Shown here piece by piece: positions 9,234 to 18,063 of a DNA stretch of 64,000 nt. The translations under genes were made by a program, and so were the position numbers. The stretch is from Paludibacteraceae bacterium (GTDB lineage: Bacteria; Bacteroidota; Bacteroidia; Bacteroidales; Paludibacteraceae), in the NCBI GenBank assembly GCA_017464025.1, contig JAFUEI010000024.1:13070-77069 (forward strand), given 5' to 3'. Numbering within the stretch: position 1 is the stretch's first letter; every line of letters starts with the position of its first letter. The notes below the pieces were generated by a model. It was not told the origin of the DNA. It worked only from the letters and a program-made list of their open reading frames with translations, and did no database searches.

Positions 9234-12137
9234 ATGAAAAATCACCTCTTTATACTGTCTGTCCTGCTGAGCGTCAGCCTGCATGCGTCAGCCGTGTCCG
9301 CCACGCCGGAGCCGGTGCGCATGCGTCAGCCGGACGGCACCTTTCTCACTGTCCGTCTGTACGGCAACGAGCACGGGAGCTACCGCACCGACCTGAGCGG
9401 CCGCCTGTTGCAGCGCGACAGGAAGGGCTATCTGCGGCCGACGCCGGCCGGGAGTGCCCGTCAGGCGGCTGCCGCCCGCGCCCGCGGGGAGCAGAAGCCG
9501 ACGCACCGCAACCTGCGCTCTACCTTTCCCCGCCAGGGCAAGGTGCGGAGTCTGGTGCTGTTGGTCAACTTCACGGACATCCGTTTTGTCACCCCCAACC
9601 CGCAGGAAGCCTTCACGCGTCTGCTGAACGAGAAAGGCTACAGCGACAACGGCGGCACGGGGTCGGCCAACGACTATTTCATGGCCAGCTCTTTCGGGCA
9701 GTTTGACCCGCAGTTTGACGTATATGGTCCCTACGACCTGAGCCACGAGACCTCCTACTACGGTGAGGATGTGGAGAAAGACGGCGTGACCACCAGCCAC
9801 AGCCGCCGCATCGTGGAGTTGCTGAACGAGGCCTGTGCGGCTGCCTTGAAGGCAGGCGTGGACTTCACGCTCTACGACGAGGATAACGACGGCGTATTGG
9901 ACAACCTGTTTGTCTATTACGCCGGTTACAACCAGGCGGAGGGCGGTGAGGACGGCACCATCTGGCCGCACCGCAGCGCCGTCAACAACGGACGCACCTA
10001 CGGCGGCAAGCAGCTCTGCGACTATGCCTGCACCTCCGAGCTGCGCAGCAACATGGGCACCACGATGTGCGGCATCGGCACGTTCTGCCACGAGTTCGGT
10101 CATGTGTTAGGATTGCCGGACATGTACCACACCTCCGACAACGACGGCAACAGCCGTCATTACACGGTAGGCGGCTGGGACATCATGTGTCAGGGCAGCT
10201 ACAACAACGCCGGCCGCACGCCGCCGTCCTACACCGCCTTCGAACGCTTCATGCTGGGCTGGATGGACCGGCCCGAACAGCTGACACGCACCGGCAACTA
10301 CCTGCTCGCCCCGCTTGTGAGCGACAACAAGGCCTATATGATAGCCGCTTCGCCGTTTACCGGCACAGCAAGCGCCCCCGAACCGGCGGAATACTTCCTG
10401 ATAGAGAACCGGCAGCGCACGGGCTGGGACGCGCCCTACTATCCCGACGTGAAAGACCAGAACAGCCAGCCCTTCGCCGCCATTCCGGGCACCGGCCTGC
10501 TGATAACGCACATCACCTACAACTCCACCCGATACGGCAACAACACCTTCAACAACTACACCCCGCTGGGCTTTGACGTGGTGGAGGCCTACAACACGAG
10601 TCCGCGCTACGCAACGGCTTCGGACACCTACCCGGGCACGATGGGCATCAGCACATTTATCCCCGAACTGAACGACAAGACCCCGCTCACGCACATGATG
10701 CTCAGCAACATTGCGGAAGAAGCCGACCTCAATGCAAGTTTCCGCTTCGGCGTGACCGAAGGCGAAGGGCTGTACTTCTCTCCGCAACGGCTGGAGACGT
10801 TCGTGACGACATACGACATCGAGCCCATCAGCTACACCGACCAGGAACTGCTCATCACCGGCGAAGGTCTCACAGGCGACTCTGTGGAGGTGACGCTGAG
10901 CAACAGCGTGTTCGAGATTTGCCTTGACGGCGAATGGCAAGGGCGCGGGAGGGGCTTCAGCGACACCATCAGCTCCGACAGCACCTACAGCCGCATCATC
11001 CGCCTGCGCCATACGCCCTCGCGCCGCAACTGCGAATCGTCCACCTGCAGGCTGAGCATACGCACCAACGACGGACAGCTGAGCAACCAGTTAGTGCTGA
11101 CAGGCACAGCACCGCGCCCCAACTATCTGACCCCCGTGCAGACCATCGAAGCAGACAACATCAGTCCATACGCCCTGACCGCACGCTGGGAAGAGCAGCC
11201 GGATGCAGAATACTACTACTTCACGCTCTACACCCTGAAAGAAGAGCCGTCGGTGCGGACCCAGGACTTCGAAGCCTTTACCGACTCGGCCGCCATACTG
11301 GCACAAGGCTGGCAGACCAACTTCGTGCGCACCAACACCACCCAGAAGAAAGACGGCAACCGGTCAGTCTATTTCTACAACAGCGACGAATACGTCATGA
11401 CGGAGGAATATCTGATGCCGGTCAGCAGCTTCAGCTTCTGGTACTCCAACAACTTCAATCCGCCCGCCGGAAGCGAGGTGCCCTCCGGCACACTCACCGT
11501 GGAAGCGCAAGACACCTTAGGCAACTGGTCCGTCTTGGAAGAGGTAAGCGTTCTGCGCACAACCCGCAACCAGACAAAGACCTACACCTTCAGCAACGGA
11601 GAGGCCTGGAACCGCTTCCGGCTGACCTACCACTATGAGGCAGGCGATGGCGGCGTGACGGTGGATGCCATAGAGACCGGTCTGCCGCAGACGCCCGACT
11701 ACATCTTCGACAACGAGGGCCAGCTCATTATTGCACCGGCCAACAACTATCCGCTTACGGGTCTGCAGCCGGGCACCGGCTACTACTATTATCTGCGTTG
11801 CAGCGAGAACAAGGGATGCGAAGAGCACACCACCCTGCGCGGCCGCATCGCCAAAGCCATGACACTGCCCGGTACGCAGGTCGGAAGCCAGTTTATCGTT
11901 ACCCGCGAGGACGAAAACACACTGATGGCGTGGCTGCCCGTCACGCCCGACCCTGAGAAGAAACTGCGCCTGTACGACAACCGCGGCCAGTTGGTGGCTG
12001 TGTTCAGCATCAGCGAGGGCGACATCGGCATTCCCATCCCCACCACCCTGCTGACGAAGGGAATGACCTATATGCTCAAGTACAGCGACGCCAAGGCCAA
12101 CCGCCGCCAAGACCTCTGGGCGAAATTCGTGTACTGA
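9234..12137 (+). CDS. M6-like (immune inhibitor A type) zinc metallopeptidase with beta-sandwich domains and T9SS CTD
   Basis: 967-aa ORF with zinc motif HEFGHVLGLPDMY. Signal peptide is MKNHLFILSVLLSVSLHASA. The N-terminal module is RMRQPDGTFLTVRLYGNEHGSY. The C-terminal tail LRLYDNRGQLVAVFSI...YMLKY is CTD-like. Confidence 0.85.
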   Translation: MKNHLFILSVLLSVSLHASAVSATPEPVRMRQPDGTFLTVRLYGNEHGSYRTDLSGRLLQRDRKGYLRPTPAGSARQAAAARARGEQKPTHRNLRSTFPRQGKVRSLVLLVNFTDIRFVTPNPQEAFTRLLNEKGYSDNGGTGSANDYFMASSFGQFDPQFDVYGPYDLSHETSYYGEDVEKDGVTTSHSRRIVELLNEACAAALKAGVDFTLYDEDNDGVLDNLFVYYAGYNQAEGGEDGTIWPHRSAVNNGRTYGGKQLCDYACTSELRSNMGTTMCGIGTFCHEFGHVLGLPDMYHTSDNDGNSRHYTVGGWDIMCQGSYNNAGRTPPSYTAFERFMLGWMDRPEQLTRTGNYLLAPLVSDNKAYMIAASPFTGTASAPEPAEYFLIENRQRTGWDAPYYPDVKDQNSQPFAAIPGTGLLITHITYNSTRYGNNTFNNYTPLGFDVVEAYNTSPRYATASDTYPGTMGISTFIPELNDKTPLTHMMLSNIAEEADLNASFRFGVTEGEGLYFSPQRLETFVTTYDIEPISYTDQELLITGEGLTGDSVEVTLSNSVFEICLDGEWQGRGRGFSDTISSDSTYSRIIRLRHTPSRRNCESSTCRLSIRTNDGQLSNQLVLTGTAPRPNYLTPVQTIEADNISPYALTARWEEQPDAEYYYFTLYTLKEEPSVRTQDFEAFTDSAAILAQGWQTNFVRTNTTQKKDGNRSVYFYNSDEYVMTEEYLMPVSSFSFWYSNNFNPPAGSEVPSGTLTVEAQDTLGNWSVLEEVSVLRTTRNQTKTYTFSNGEAWNRFRLTYHYEAGDGGVTVDAIETGLPQTPDYIFDNEGQLIIAPANNYPLTGLQPGTGYYYYLRCSENKGCEEHTTLRGRIAKAMTLPGTQVGSQFIVTREDENTLMAWLPVTPDPEKKLRLYDNRGQLVAVFSISEGDIGIPIPTTLLTKGMTYMLKYSDAKANRRQDLWAKFVY

Positions 12138-12169
12138 CCTTTCGGGTTATCGCTGCCATTGCCAGACAA

Positions 12170-12199
12170 AAAGACGGTTCGGACTTTCCGGCCGTCTTT
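12170..12199 (+). terminator. Rho-independent terminator after the M6-like peptidase gene
   Basis: AAAAAGACGG-TTCGGACTTTCCGG-CCGTCTTT followed by CTTTAT. It lies 33 nt after the stop codon. Confidence 0.65.
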
Positions 12200-12328
12200 C
12201 TTTATGCCCCGAGCAAGCCACATCTCCCCCTCCACACCATCACGCCACCAAACATACCCCACTTTTCTCCACCACCCAAAGAGCAAACATATCAATCTGA
12301 ATATCATACTAATATAGTTCCTATGGCC

Positions 12329-12382
12329 TGTGGACAAAATGTTAATAACTTTGTGGAAAACTTTTTATGTGGGGAGATGTGG
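12329..12382 (+). promoter_or_regulatory. Four direct TGTGG boxes: candidate MraZ operator
   Basis: TGTGG occurs at 12329, 12352, 12368 and 12378. The last two are 10 nt apart, and the last one sits where the -33 element is expected. Confidence 0.4.
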
Positions 12383-12402
12383 TGAATATCGGATATTTTT
12401 TA

Positions 12403-12410
12403 TACCTTTG
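12403..12410 (+). promoter_or_regulatory. -7 box TACCTTTG of the dcw (mraZ) promoter
   Basis: TACCTTTGCAGCG lies 20 nt before the mraZ ATG. Confidence 0.6.
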
Positions 12411-12430
12411 CAGCGTCAAAGTTACCCGCA

Positions 12431-12892
12431 ATGGCTACATTCATTGGAAATACGGAAGCGCGGCTCGACGAGAAAGGACGCATGTTCATTCCCGCCACCT
12501 ATCGCAAGATTCTTGCGGAGCTGGACTCGCCGCGCGTGGTGATGCGCAGTGACACGGACAACGCCTGCCTTGTGATTTATCCTGAGCCGGTATGGAACGC
12601 GAAGGTGGAGCAGTTGAGCGGAGCCCTTGACGAGTGGGACCCCGACGACCAGATGCTGCTGATGCAGTTCGTGGCCGATGCCGAGTGGTTAGAGCCCGAC
12701 AGTCAGGGCCGCATCACGCTCGGCAGGCGCAACCTGCAGCAGATAGGTGCCACCGGCGACCTTATCATTGTGGGCATGATGAACCGGTTCGCCGTATGGG
12801 ACAAGCAGACCTTCCATGAGAAACGGCTTGACCAGCGCGACTTTGCAGGGCGCATCCGCCAGCGCATGGCCCGGGCCGGCAAAGGGGAGTGA
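12431..12892 (+). CDS. mraZ: Transcriptional regulator MraZ
   Basis: 153 aa. MATFIGNTEARLDEKGRMFIPATYRKIL with a second SpoVT/AbrB-like half. It is the first gene of the dcw cluster. Confidence 0.95.
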   Translation: MATFIGNTEARLDEKGRMFIPATYRKILAELDSPRVVMRSDTDNACLVIYPEPVWNAKVEQLSGALDEWDPDDQMLLMQFVADAEWLEPDSQGRITLGRRNLQQIGATGDLIIVGMMNRFAVWDKQTFHEKRLDQRDFAGRIRQRMARAGKGE

Positions 12893-13032
12893 ACTGCGCA
12901 GGGCAGCCATACAGACATTCAACATTCAACACCCAACATAAATTAAACCAAGGCCTCGACGCCATTAAACCTAACCTTACTTAACCACCTCAAAACCCTT
13001 AACCACCTTAACTATCCCAACTCTTTTCTCCT
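12893..13032 (+). repeat. G-poor CA-rich inter-cistronic spacer (CATTCAACATTCAACA..., TTAACCACCT x2)
   Basis: The 140-nt mraZ-rsmH spacer is built from short C/A/T repeats. It is related to the spacers at 22179, 34948, 42495 and 55641. Confidence 0.7.
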
Positions 13033-13959
13033 ATGCCGGGCGACATCTACCATATTCCTGCGCTGCTCAGCGAGACCGTTGACGGTCTTGCCGTCAGACC
13101 TGACGGGATATATGTAGATGTAACCTTTGGCGGCGGAGGCCATTCCCGCGAGATCATGCGCCGCCTCGGCTCGTCGCCGAAAGGAAGGCTCTACAGCTTC
13201 GACCAGGACATCGATGCCTGGGCGAACCGCATCGACGATGCGCGCTGGCAGTTTGTGCACAGCAATTTCCGCTACCTGAGGAACTTTATGAAGTATTACG
13301 GTGTCAACAGGATAGACGGATTGCTGGCCGATCTCGGGGTCAGTTTTCACCATTTCGACAATGCCGCGCGCGGCTTCTCTTTCCGCTATGAGGGGCCGCT
13401 TGACATGCGCATGAACAAGGACGCGCGTCTTACGGCGGCCGATGTAGTGAACACCTACAGCGAAGAAGAACTTGCGCGTGTGCTGTACCTGTACGGCGAA
13501 CTGCGCAATGCACGTCCTGTTGCACGCGCGCTCGCGAGGGCACGCGACAAAGAGCCTGTCACACGTACAGAACAGTTGACGGCCCTGCTCACGCCGCTCT
13601 GCGGCCGCGACAAGGAGAAGAAAGACCTTGCACGCGTCTTTCAGGCGCTGCGCATCGAGGTCAACGACGAGATGGGAGCACTGCGCGACATGCTCACGGC
13701 CGCCGGACAACTGCTCGCCCCCGGCGGACGCATAGCCGTCCTGACCTACCACTCCTTGGAGGACCGCATCGTAAAGAACTTCCTACGTTCGGGCAATGTG
13801 GAGGGCGAAATCAAGAAAGACTTCTACGGCAACATACTCTCCCCCTTCCGGCTTGTCAACAACAAGGTCATTACGGCCTCGGCCGAAGAGGTGGAGCGCA
13901 ACCCGCGTTCGCGCAGCGCCAAACTGCGCATCGCCGAAAAAAACGACGTACAGCAATGA
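13033..13959 (+). CDS. rsmH: 16S rRNA (cytosine1402-N4)-methyltransferase RsmH
   Basis: 308 aa. HIPALLSETVDGL...VDVTFGGGGHS...DLGVSFHHFD...LTYHSLEDRIVKNF motifs are present. Confidence 0.95.
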   Translation: MPGDIYHIPALLSETVDGLAVRPDGIYVDVTFGGGGHSREIMRRLGSSPKGRLYSFDQDIDAWANRIDDARWQFVHSNFRYLRNFMKYYGVNRIDGLLADLGVSFHHFDNAARGFSFRYEGPLDMRMNKDARLTAADVVNTYSEEELARVLYLYGELRNARPVARALARARDKEPVTRTEQLTALLTPLCGRDKEKKDLARVFQALRIEVNDEMGALRDMLTAAGQLLAPGGRIAVLTYHSLEDRIVKNFLRSGNVEGEIKKDFYGNILSPFRLVNNKVITASAEEVERNPRSRSAKLRIAEKNDVQQ

Positions 13960-14285
13960 ACTGGCAAGAGCTCATACACAGCGTGAGTCTGCAGGAAGTG
14001 CTCTCGGGCAACATCTTCCGCCGCGGCTTCTTCCGCCGTCAGTACAAGCTGATTGCGCTCGTGGCACTGCTGCTGTTCATCTATATCTACAACGGCTTCC
14101 AGTGTGACAGCCAGCAGCGCCGCATCCGCCAACTGCAGCAGCAGATTACCGAAGCCCGCTACGAGCTGCTCGACATCTCGGCCGAATACACCACGAAGAC
14201 GCGGCCCTCCAACATCGCCGGACAGCTCAGCCTCCACAACAGTAAAATCACCGAATCGACGACACCGCCCGTAATGATCAAATAG
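13956..14285 (+). CDS. ftsL: FtsL-like cell division protein (Bacteroidetes type)
   Basis: 109 aa. ATGA overlap with rsmH, a single TM segment (LIALVALLLFIYIYNGF), then a coiled-coil. It occupies the conserved dcw position. Confidence 0.7.
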   Translation: MNWQELIHSVSLQEVLSGNIFRRGFFRRQYKLIALVALLLFIYIYNGFQCDSQQRRIRQLQQQITEARYELLDISAEYTTKTRPSNIAGQLSLHNSKITESTTPPVMIK

Positions 14286-14287
14286 CG

Positions 14288-16441
14288 GTGCGCGCCGGCA
14301 GGAAAGTCCTTATGAACGACAACCAGAAACACACCATCATCCGTTTTGCTATCATCTTCTCCCTGATAGCCCTCGGATTCTTTGCCGTCTTAGGGAAGAT
14401 TGTCTATACCCAGACCGTGGAGCGCGACCGCCTGATGCAGATTGCTTCGCGTCAGGTAAGCCGCAACGAGGTGTTGCAGCCCAACCGCGGCAACATATAC
14501 GATGCAGAAGGCCGTCTGCTTGCCGGTTCCGCTCCCCTCTACTATATCCGCATGGACACCCGTGTGCAGGCGCTTCGCGAGAAGAACGGAGCGCTCTTCG
14601 AGCAATATATCGACAGCATATCCGACGGCTTGGCCGACTGCTTCCGCGACCGCACGGCGCAGGAGTACAAGCGCCATATCCGCCAGGGCTACAACCGCAG
14701 GGACGGTCGTCTGCTGCTCTACCCCAAGCGCATCACCTACAGCCAGCTGAAGGCGGTGAAGCAGCTTCCGCTCTTCAACCGCGGCAGCTACAAGAGCGGT
14801 CTCCTCGTGGAGAGCCGCTACCAGCGCATCCGCCCCTTCGGCAGTCTGGCCGCACGCTCGATAGGCAGCATCTACGGCGAGAAGGGCACCGGTTCGTCGG
14901 GCCTTGAGATGCGCTATGAGAGCGTGTTGCACGGCACCGAGGGACAGCGCGTGACGCAGATGCTTGACGGACATATCGTTTCCTCGGTGGACCGTGAGCC
15001 CGTGAACGGACTGGACATCCGCACCACCCTCGACGCCAACCTGCAGGATGTGGTGGAGACGCAGCTCCGCCACACCTTGGAGCGCTTAGGCGCCGACTGG
15101 GGCACCTGCATCCTGATGGAGGTGGGCAGCGGGAAGGTGCGGGCAATAAGCAACCTCGGCCGCCAGCAGGACGGCACCTACAGCGAAGACAAGAACTACG
15201 CCGTGACGCGCATCGAACCCGGCTCCACCTTCAAGACATTCGCCCTCATGGCCGCCCTTGACGACGGCAAGGTAGAGATAACCGACAGCATCGACATCGG
15301 CAACGGAACGTGGTTCTACGAGAAAGCCAAGAAGCCTATCAAAGACTCCCACGTGCTGCACGACAGGCAGGGGCGCCCCATCACGCGCTATACCGTGAAG
15401 CAGGTGCTGGCCGCATCGTCGAACGTAGGCCTCTCCAAGATTGTCACCTCCGCCTACGACAAGAAGGCCGAGCGCTTCGTGGACAAGCTGCAGCGCATGG
15501 GCGTGCGCGACTCCGTACCCTTCGATATACCCGGCACACAGCAACCCAAGATAGACGTACCGAAAGACGGCGAGACCCTGTCGCGCATGGCTTTCGGTTA
15601 TTTCGTAGAGCTTCCGCCCCTTGATATCCTCATGTTCTACAACGCCATCGCCAACGACGGGCGCATGGTGCGGCCCTGGTTGGTGGAAGCCGTTGAGGAC
15701 AACGGCGAGATCGTGAAGAGCTATTCGGGCGGTGTGGTGAAGGGCAGCATCTGCAAGAGCAGCACGCTGCGCGACATCCGCGAGTGTTTAGAGGCTGTAG
15801 TCTGGGACAACGAGTTCGGTACGGCCTCCGTGAATCCGTGGGGGTCGAAGAAGGCGCAGTCGGACATTGTGCATATAGCCGGCAAGACGGGCACCGCGCA
15901 GGTGTTTGCCAACGGGCGCTACCGCAGCGACCAGCACCGCACCCTCTTCTGCGGCTATTTCCCTATGGAGCAGCCCCGCTACAGCTGCATCTGCGTCATC
16001 CAGCAGCGCCCGCACGCCATCTACGATGCAGGCTTCGACTGCGGCGGCACCGTCAGGCGTATCGCCGAGAAGACGATGGCCTACAGCGGCTCCGTGAGCG
16101 TACGCGAACGCTATGTCAGTCCCGACTCCATACGCCGACCGCCCGTAAAGCGCGGCATACAGCGCGACATAAGACGTGCAGGAAAAGGCACCCGCATCGA
16201 CATCAAACCCGCTGACTCGCAATGGGTACGCGTCAACGAGAACTACGAAGCCGAGCCGCTGCGCGTGACACCCGGACTGGTGCCTGCCGTCATAGGCATG
16301 GGAGCGCGGGATGCCGTGTATGCCATTGAGCAGACAGGCATGCTGGTGCAGCTGTACGGCAAAGGACGCGTGGTGAGCCAGTCCGTAGCCCCCGGCACAC
16401 GGGCCACACGCGGCGGCACCGTAACGCTGGAGCTGCGGTGA
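14288..16441 (+). CDS. ftsI: Penicillin-binding protein (PBP3/FtsI class transpeptidase)
   Basis: 717 aa. It has a PBP dimerisation region, a transpeptidase STFK motif (EPGSTFKTFALMAAL) and KTGTA. GTG start at 14288; an alternative ATG is at 14312 (MNDNQK). Confidence 0.9.
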   Translation: MRAGRKVLMNDNQKHTIIRFAIIFSLIALGFFAVLGKIVYTQTVERDRLMQIASRQVSRNEVLQPNRGNIYDAEGRLLAGSAPLYYIRMDTRVQALREKNGALFEQYIDSISDGLADCFRDRTAQEYKRHIRQGYNRRDGRLLLYPKRITYSQLKAVKQLPLFNRGSYKSGLLVESRYQRIRPFGSLAARSIGSIYGEKGTGSSGLEMRYESVLHGTEGQRVTQMLDGHIVSSVDREPVNGLDIRTTLDANLQDVVETQLRHTLERLGADWGTCILMEVGSGKVRAISNLGRQQDGTYSEDKNYAVTRIEPGSTFKTFALMAALDDGKVEITDSIDIGNGTWFYEKAKKPIKDSHVLHDRQGRPITRYTVKQVLAASSNVGLSKIVTSAYDKKAERFVDKLQRMGVRDSVPFDIPGTQQPKIDVPKDGETLSRMAFGYFVELPPLDILMFYNAIANDGRMVRPWLVEAVEDNGEIVKSYSGGVVKGSICKSSTLRDIRECLEAVVWDNEFGTASVNPWGSKKAQSDIVHIAGKTGTAQVFANGRYRSDQHRTLFCGYFPMEQPRYSCICVIQQRPHAIYDAGFDCGGTVRRIAEKTMAYSGSVSVRERYVSPDSIRRPPVKRGIQRDIRRAGKGTRIDIKPADSQWVRVNENYEAEPLRVTPGLVPAVIGMGARDAVYAIEQTGMLVQLYGKGRVVSQSVAPGTRATRGGTVTLELR

Positions 16442-16476
16442 ACGAAAGCAACAACAAGACATTGCACCATATATAT

Positions 16477-17922
16477 ATGAAACTCAGCCAACTTCTTCAA
16501 GGTATTCAGGTGGAGCGTCTCATCGGCTCTACCGATATTGAGATTGCCGACCTTCAGTTCGACTCGCGCAAGGTGAAAGCAGGGAGCCTGTTCGTGGCCA
16601 CCCCGGGCACCGTTGTGGACGGACACAGCTTCATCGGGCAGTGTATAGCTGCCGGAGCCGCCGCTGTCGTATGCGAACGCCTGCCGGAGCAGACGGAGGG
16701 CGCCGCGTTTGTCGTCGTGAAGAATGCCGCCAAAACCCTCGGCGAACTGGCCGGACGCTGGTACGGCGATCCCTCCGCGCGGCTCACACTGGTGGGCGTG
16801 ACCGGCACCAACGGCAAGACCACCATCGCCACCCTGCTCTACAAACTGGTACGCGCCATGGACCATAAGGCCGGTCTGCTCTCGACGGTATGCAACTACA
16901 TCGAAGACGAGGCCGTTCCTTCCACTCACACCACACCCGATGCCTTGGAGCTGAACGGCCTGTTGGCAAGGATGGTGGAGGCCGGATGCGAATACTGCTT
17001 CATGGAGGTCTCGTCCCACTCAATAGCACAGGAGCGGATAGCGGGCCTCCAGTTTGACGGCGGCGTATTCACCAACCTGACGCGCGACCATATTGACTTC
17101 CACAAGACCTTCGACAACTACCGCGACACCAAGAAGCGCTTCTTCGACGAACTGCCGGCCACTGCCTTTGCCGTCACCAACAAAGACGACCGCAACGGGC
17201 TCGTCATGACGCAGAACACCAAGGCGAAAGTATATACCTACTCCACCCGCACCATGGCCGACTTCACTGCCAAAATCAAGGAAGAGGGCTTCGACGGCAT
17301 GCTGCTTGACATACAGGGTAGTCAAGACGTCTTCGTACCCTTGGTAGGCCGCTTCAACGTGAGCAACCTGCTCGCCATCTACGGCGCCGCCCTCTGTCTC
17401 GGCTTTGAGAAGGACGAAGTGCTGCGCGTGCTGAGCATGCTGCGTCCTGTCAACGGGCGTTTTGAGACCATCAGCAGTCCGAAAGGCTGGACCGCCATCG
17501 TTGACTACGCCCACACACCCGATGCGGTGGAGAACGTAATCAACACCATCAACGAGATACGCAAGCCGGGCACTACTCTGATAACCGTCGTCGGCTGCGG
17601 CGGCAACCGCGACAAGGGCAAACGACCCATGATGGCGCAACTGGCCAAGCGGGGCTCCGACCGGCTGATTCTCACAAGCGACAATCCGCGCGACGAAGAG
17701 CCGGCGGACATCCTGAACGACATGCTGGCCGGATTGACAGAAGAGGAACAACAGCAGACACTCGTCATCGAAGACCGACGTCAGGCGATACGTACGGCCT
17801 GCACCCTCGCCCGCAAAGACGATGTGATACTCATCGCCGGCAAGGGGCATGAAGACTACCAGATTATACGCGGCGTGAAGCACCACTTCGACGACCACGA
17901 AGAGGTGAGGGCGATGCTATAA
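16477..17922 (+). CDS. murE: UDP-N-acetylmuramoyl-L-alanyl-D-glutamate--2,6-diaminopimelate ligase
   Basis: MKLSQLLQG..., Mur ligase P-loop GVTGTNGKTT and DNPR motif (LTSDNPRDEEP). The ORF track start at GTG 16438 overlaps the ftsI stop and is an alternative. Confidence 0.93.
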   Translation: MKLSQLLQGIQVERLIGSTDIEIADLQFDSRKVKAGSLFVATPGTVVDGHSFIGQCIAAGAAAVVCERLPEQTEGAAFVVVKNAAKTLGELAGRWYGDPSARLTLVGVTGTNGKTTIATLLYKLVRAMDHKAGLLSTVCNYIEDEAVPSTHTTPDALELNGLLARMVEAGCEYCFMEVSSHSIAQERIAGLQFDGGVFTNLTRDHIDFHKTFDNYRDTKKRFFDELPATAFAVTNKDDRNGLVMTQNTKAKVYTYSTRTMADFTAKIKEEGFDGMLLDIQGSQDVFVPLVGRFNVSNLLAIYGAALCLGFEKDEVLRVLSMLRPVNGRFETISSPKGWTAIVDYAHTPDAVENVINTINEIRKPGTTLITVVGCGGNRDKGKRPMMAQLAKRGSDRLILTSDNPRDEEPADILNDMLAGLTEEEQQQTLVIEDRRQAIRTACTLARKDDVILIAGKGHEDYQIIRGVKHHFDDHEEVRAML

Positions 17923-17965
17923 CCCCATCCCGGCCCTCCCCACAGGAGAGGGGGAAAAGCAAGAA

Positions 17966-18063
17966 ACGATACGACATAATATAATACAATACGACATAAT
18001 ACAATATGACATAATACGACATAATACAACATAGCATAATACAACATAACACAATACGACACA
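17966..18063 (+). repeat. Degenerate tandem ACATAATAC-type repeats in the murE-mraY spacer
   Basis: ACGACATAATATAATACAATACGACATAATACAATATGACATAATACGACATAATACAACATAGCATAATACAACATAACACAATACGACACA runs directly up to the mraY ATG. Confidence 0.85.

Noticed and set aside
12330-12552. Two short ORFs (70 and 61 aa) overlapping the mraZ promoter and 5' end
   Set aside because: They span the promoter and TGTGG boxes and overlap mraZ out of frame, with no coding signature.
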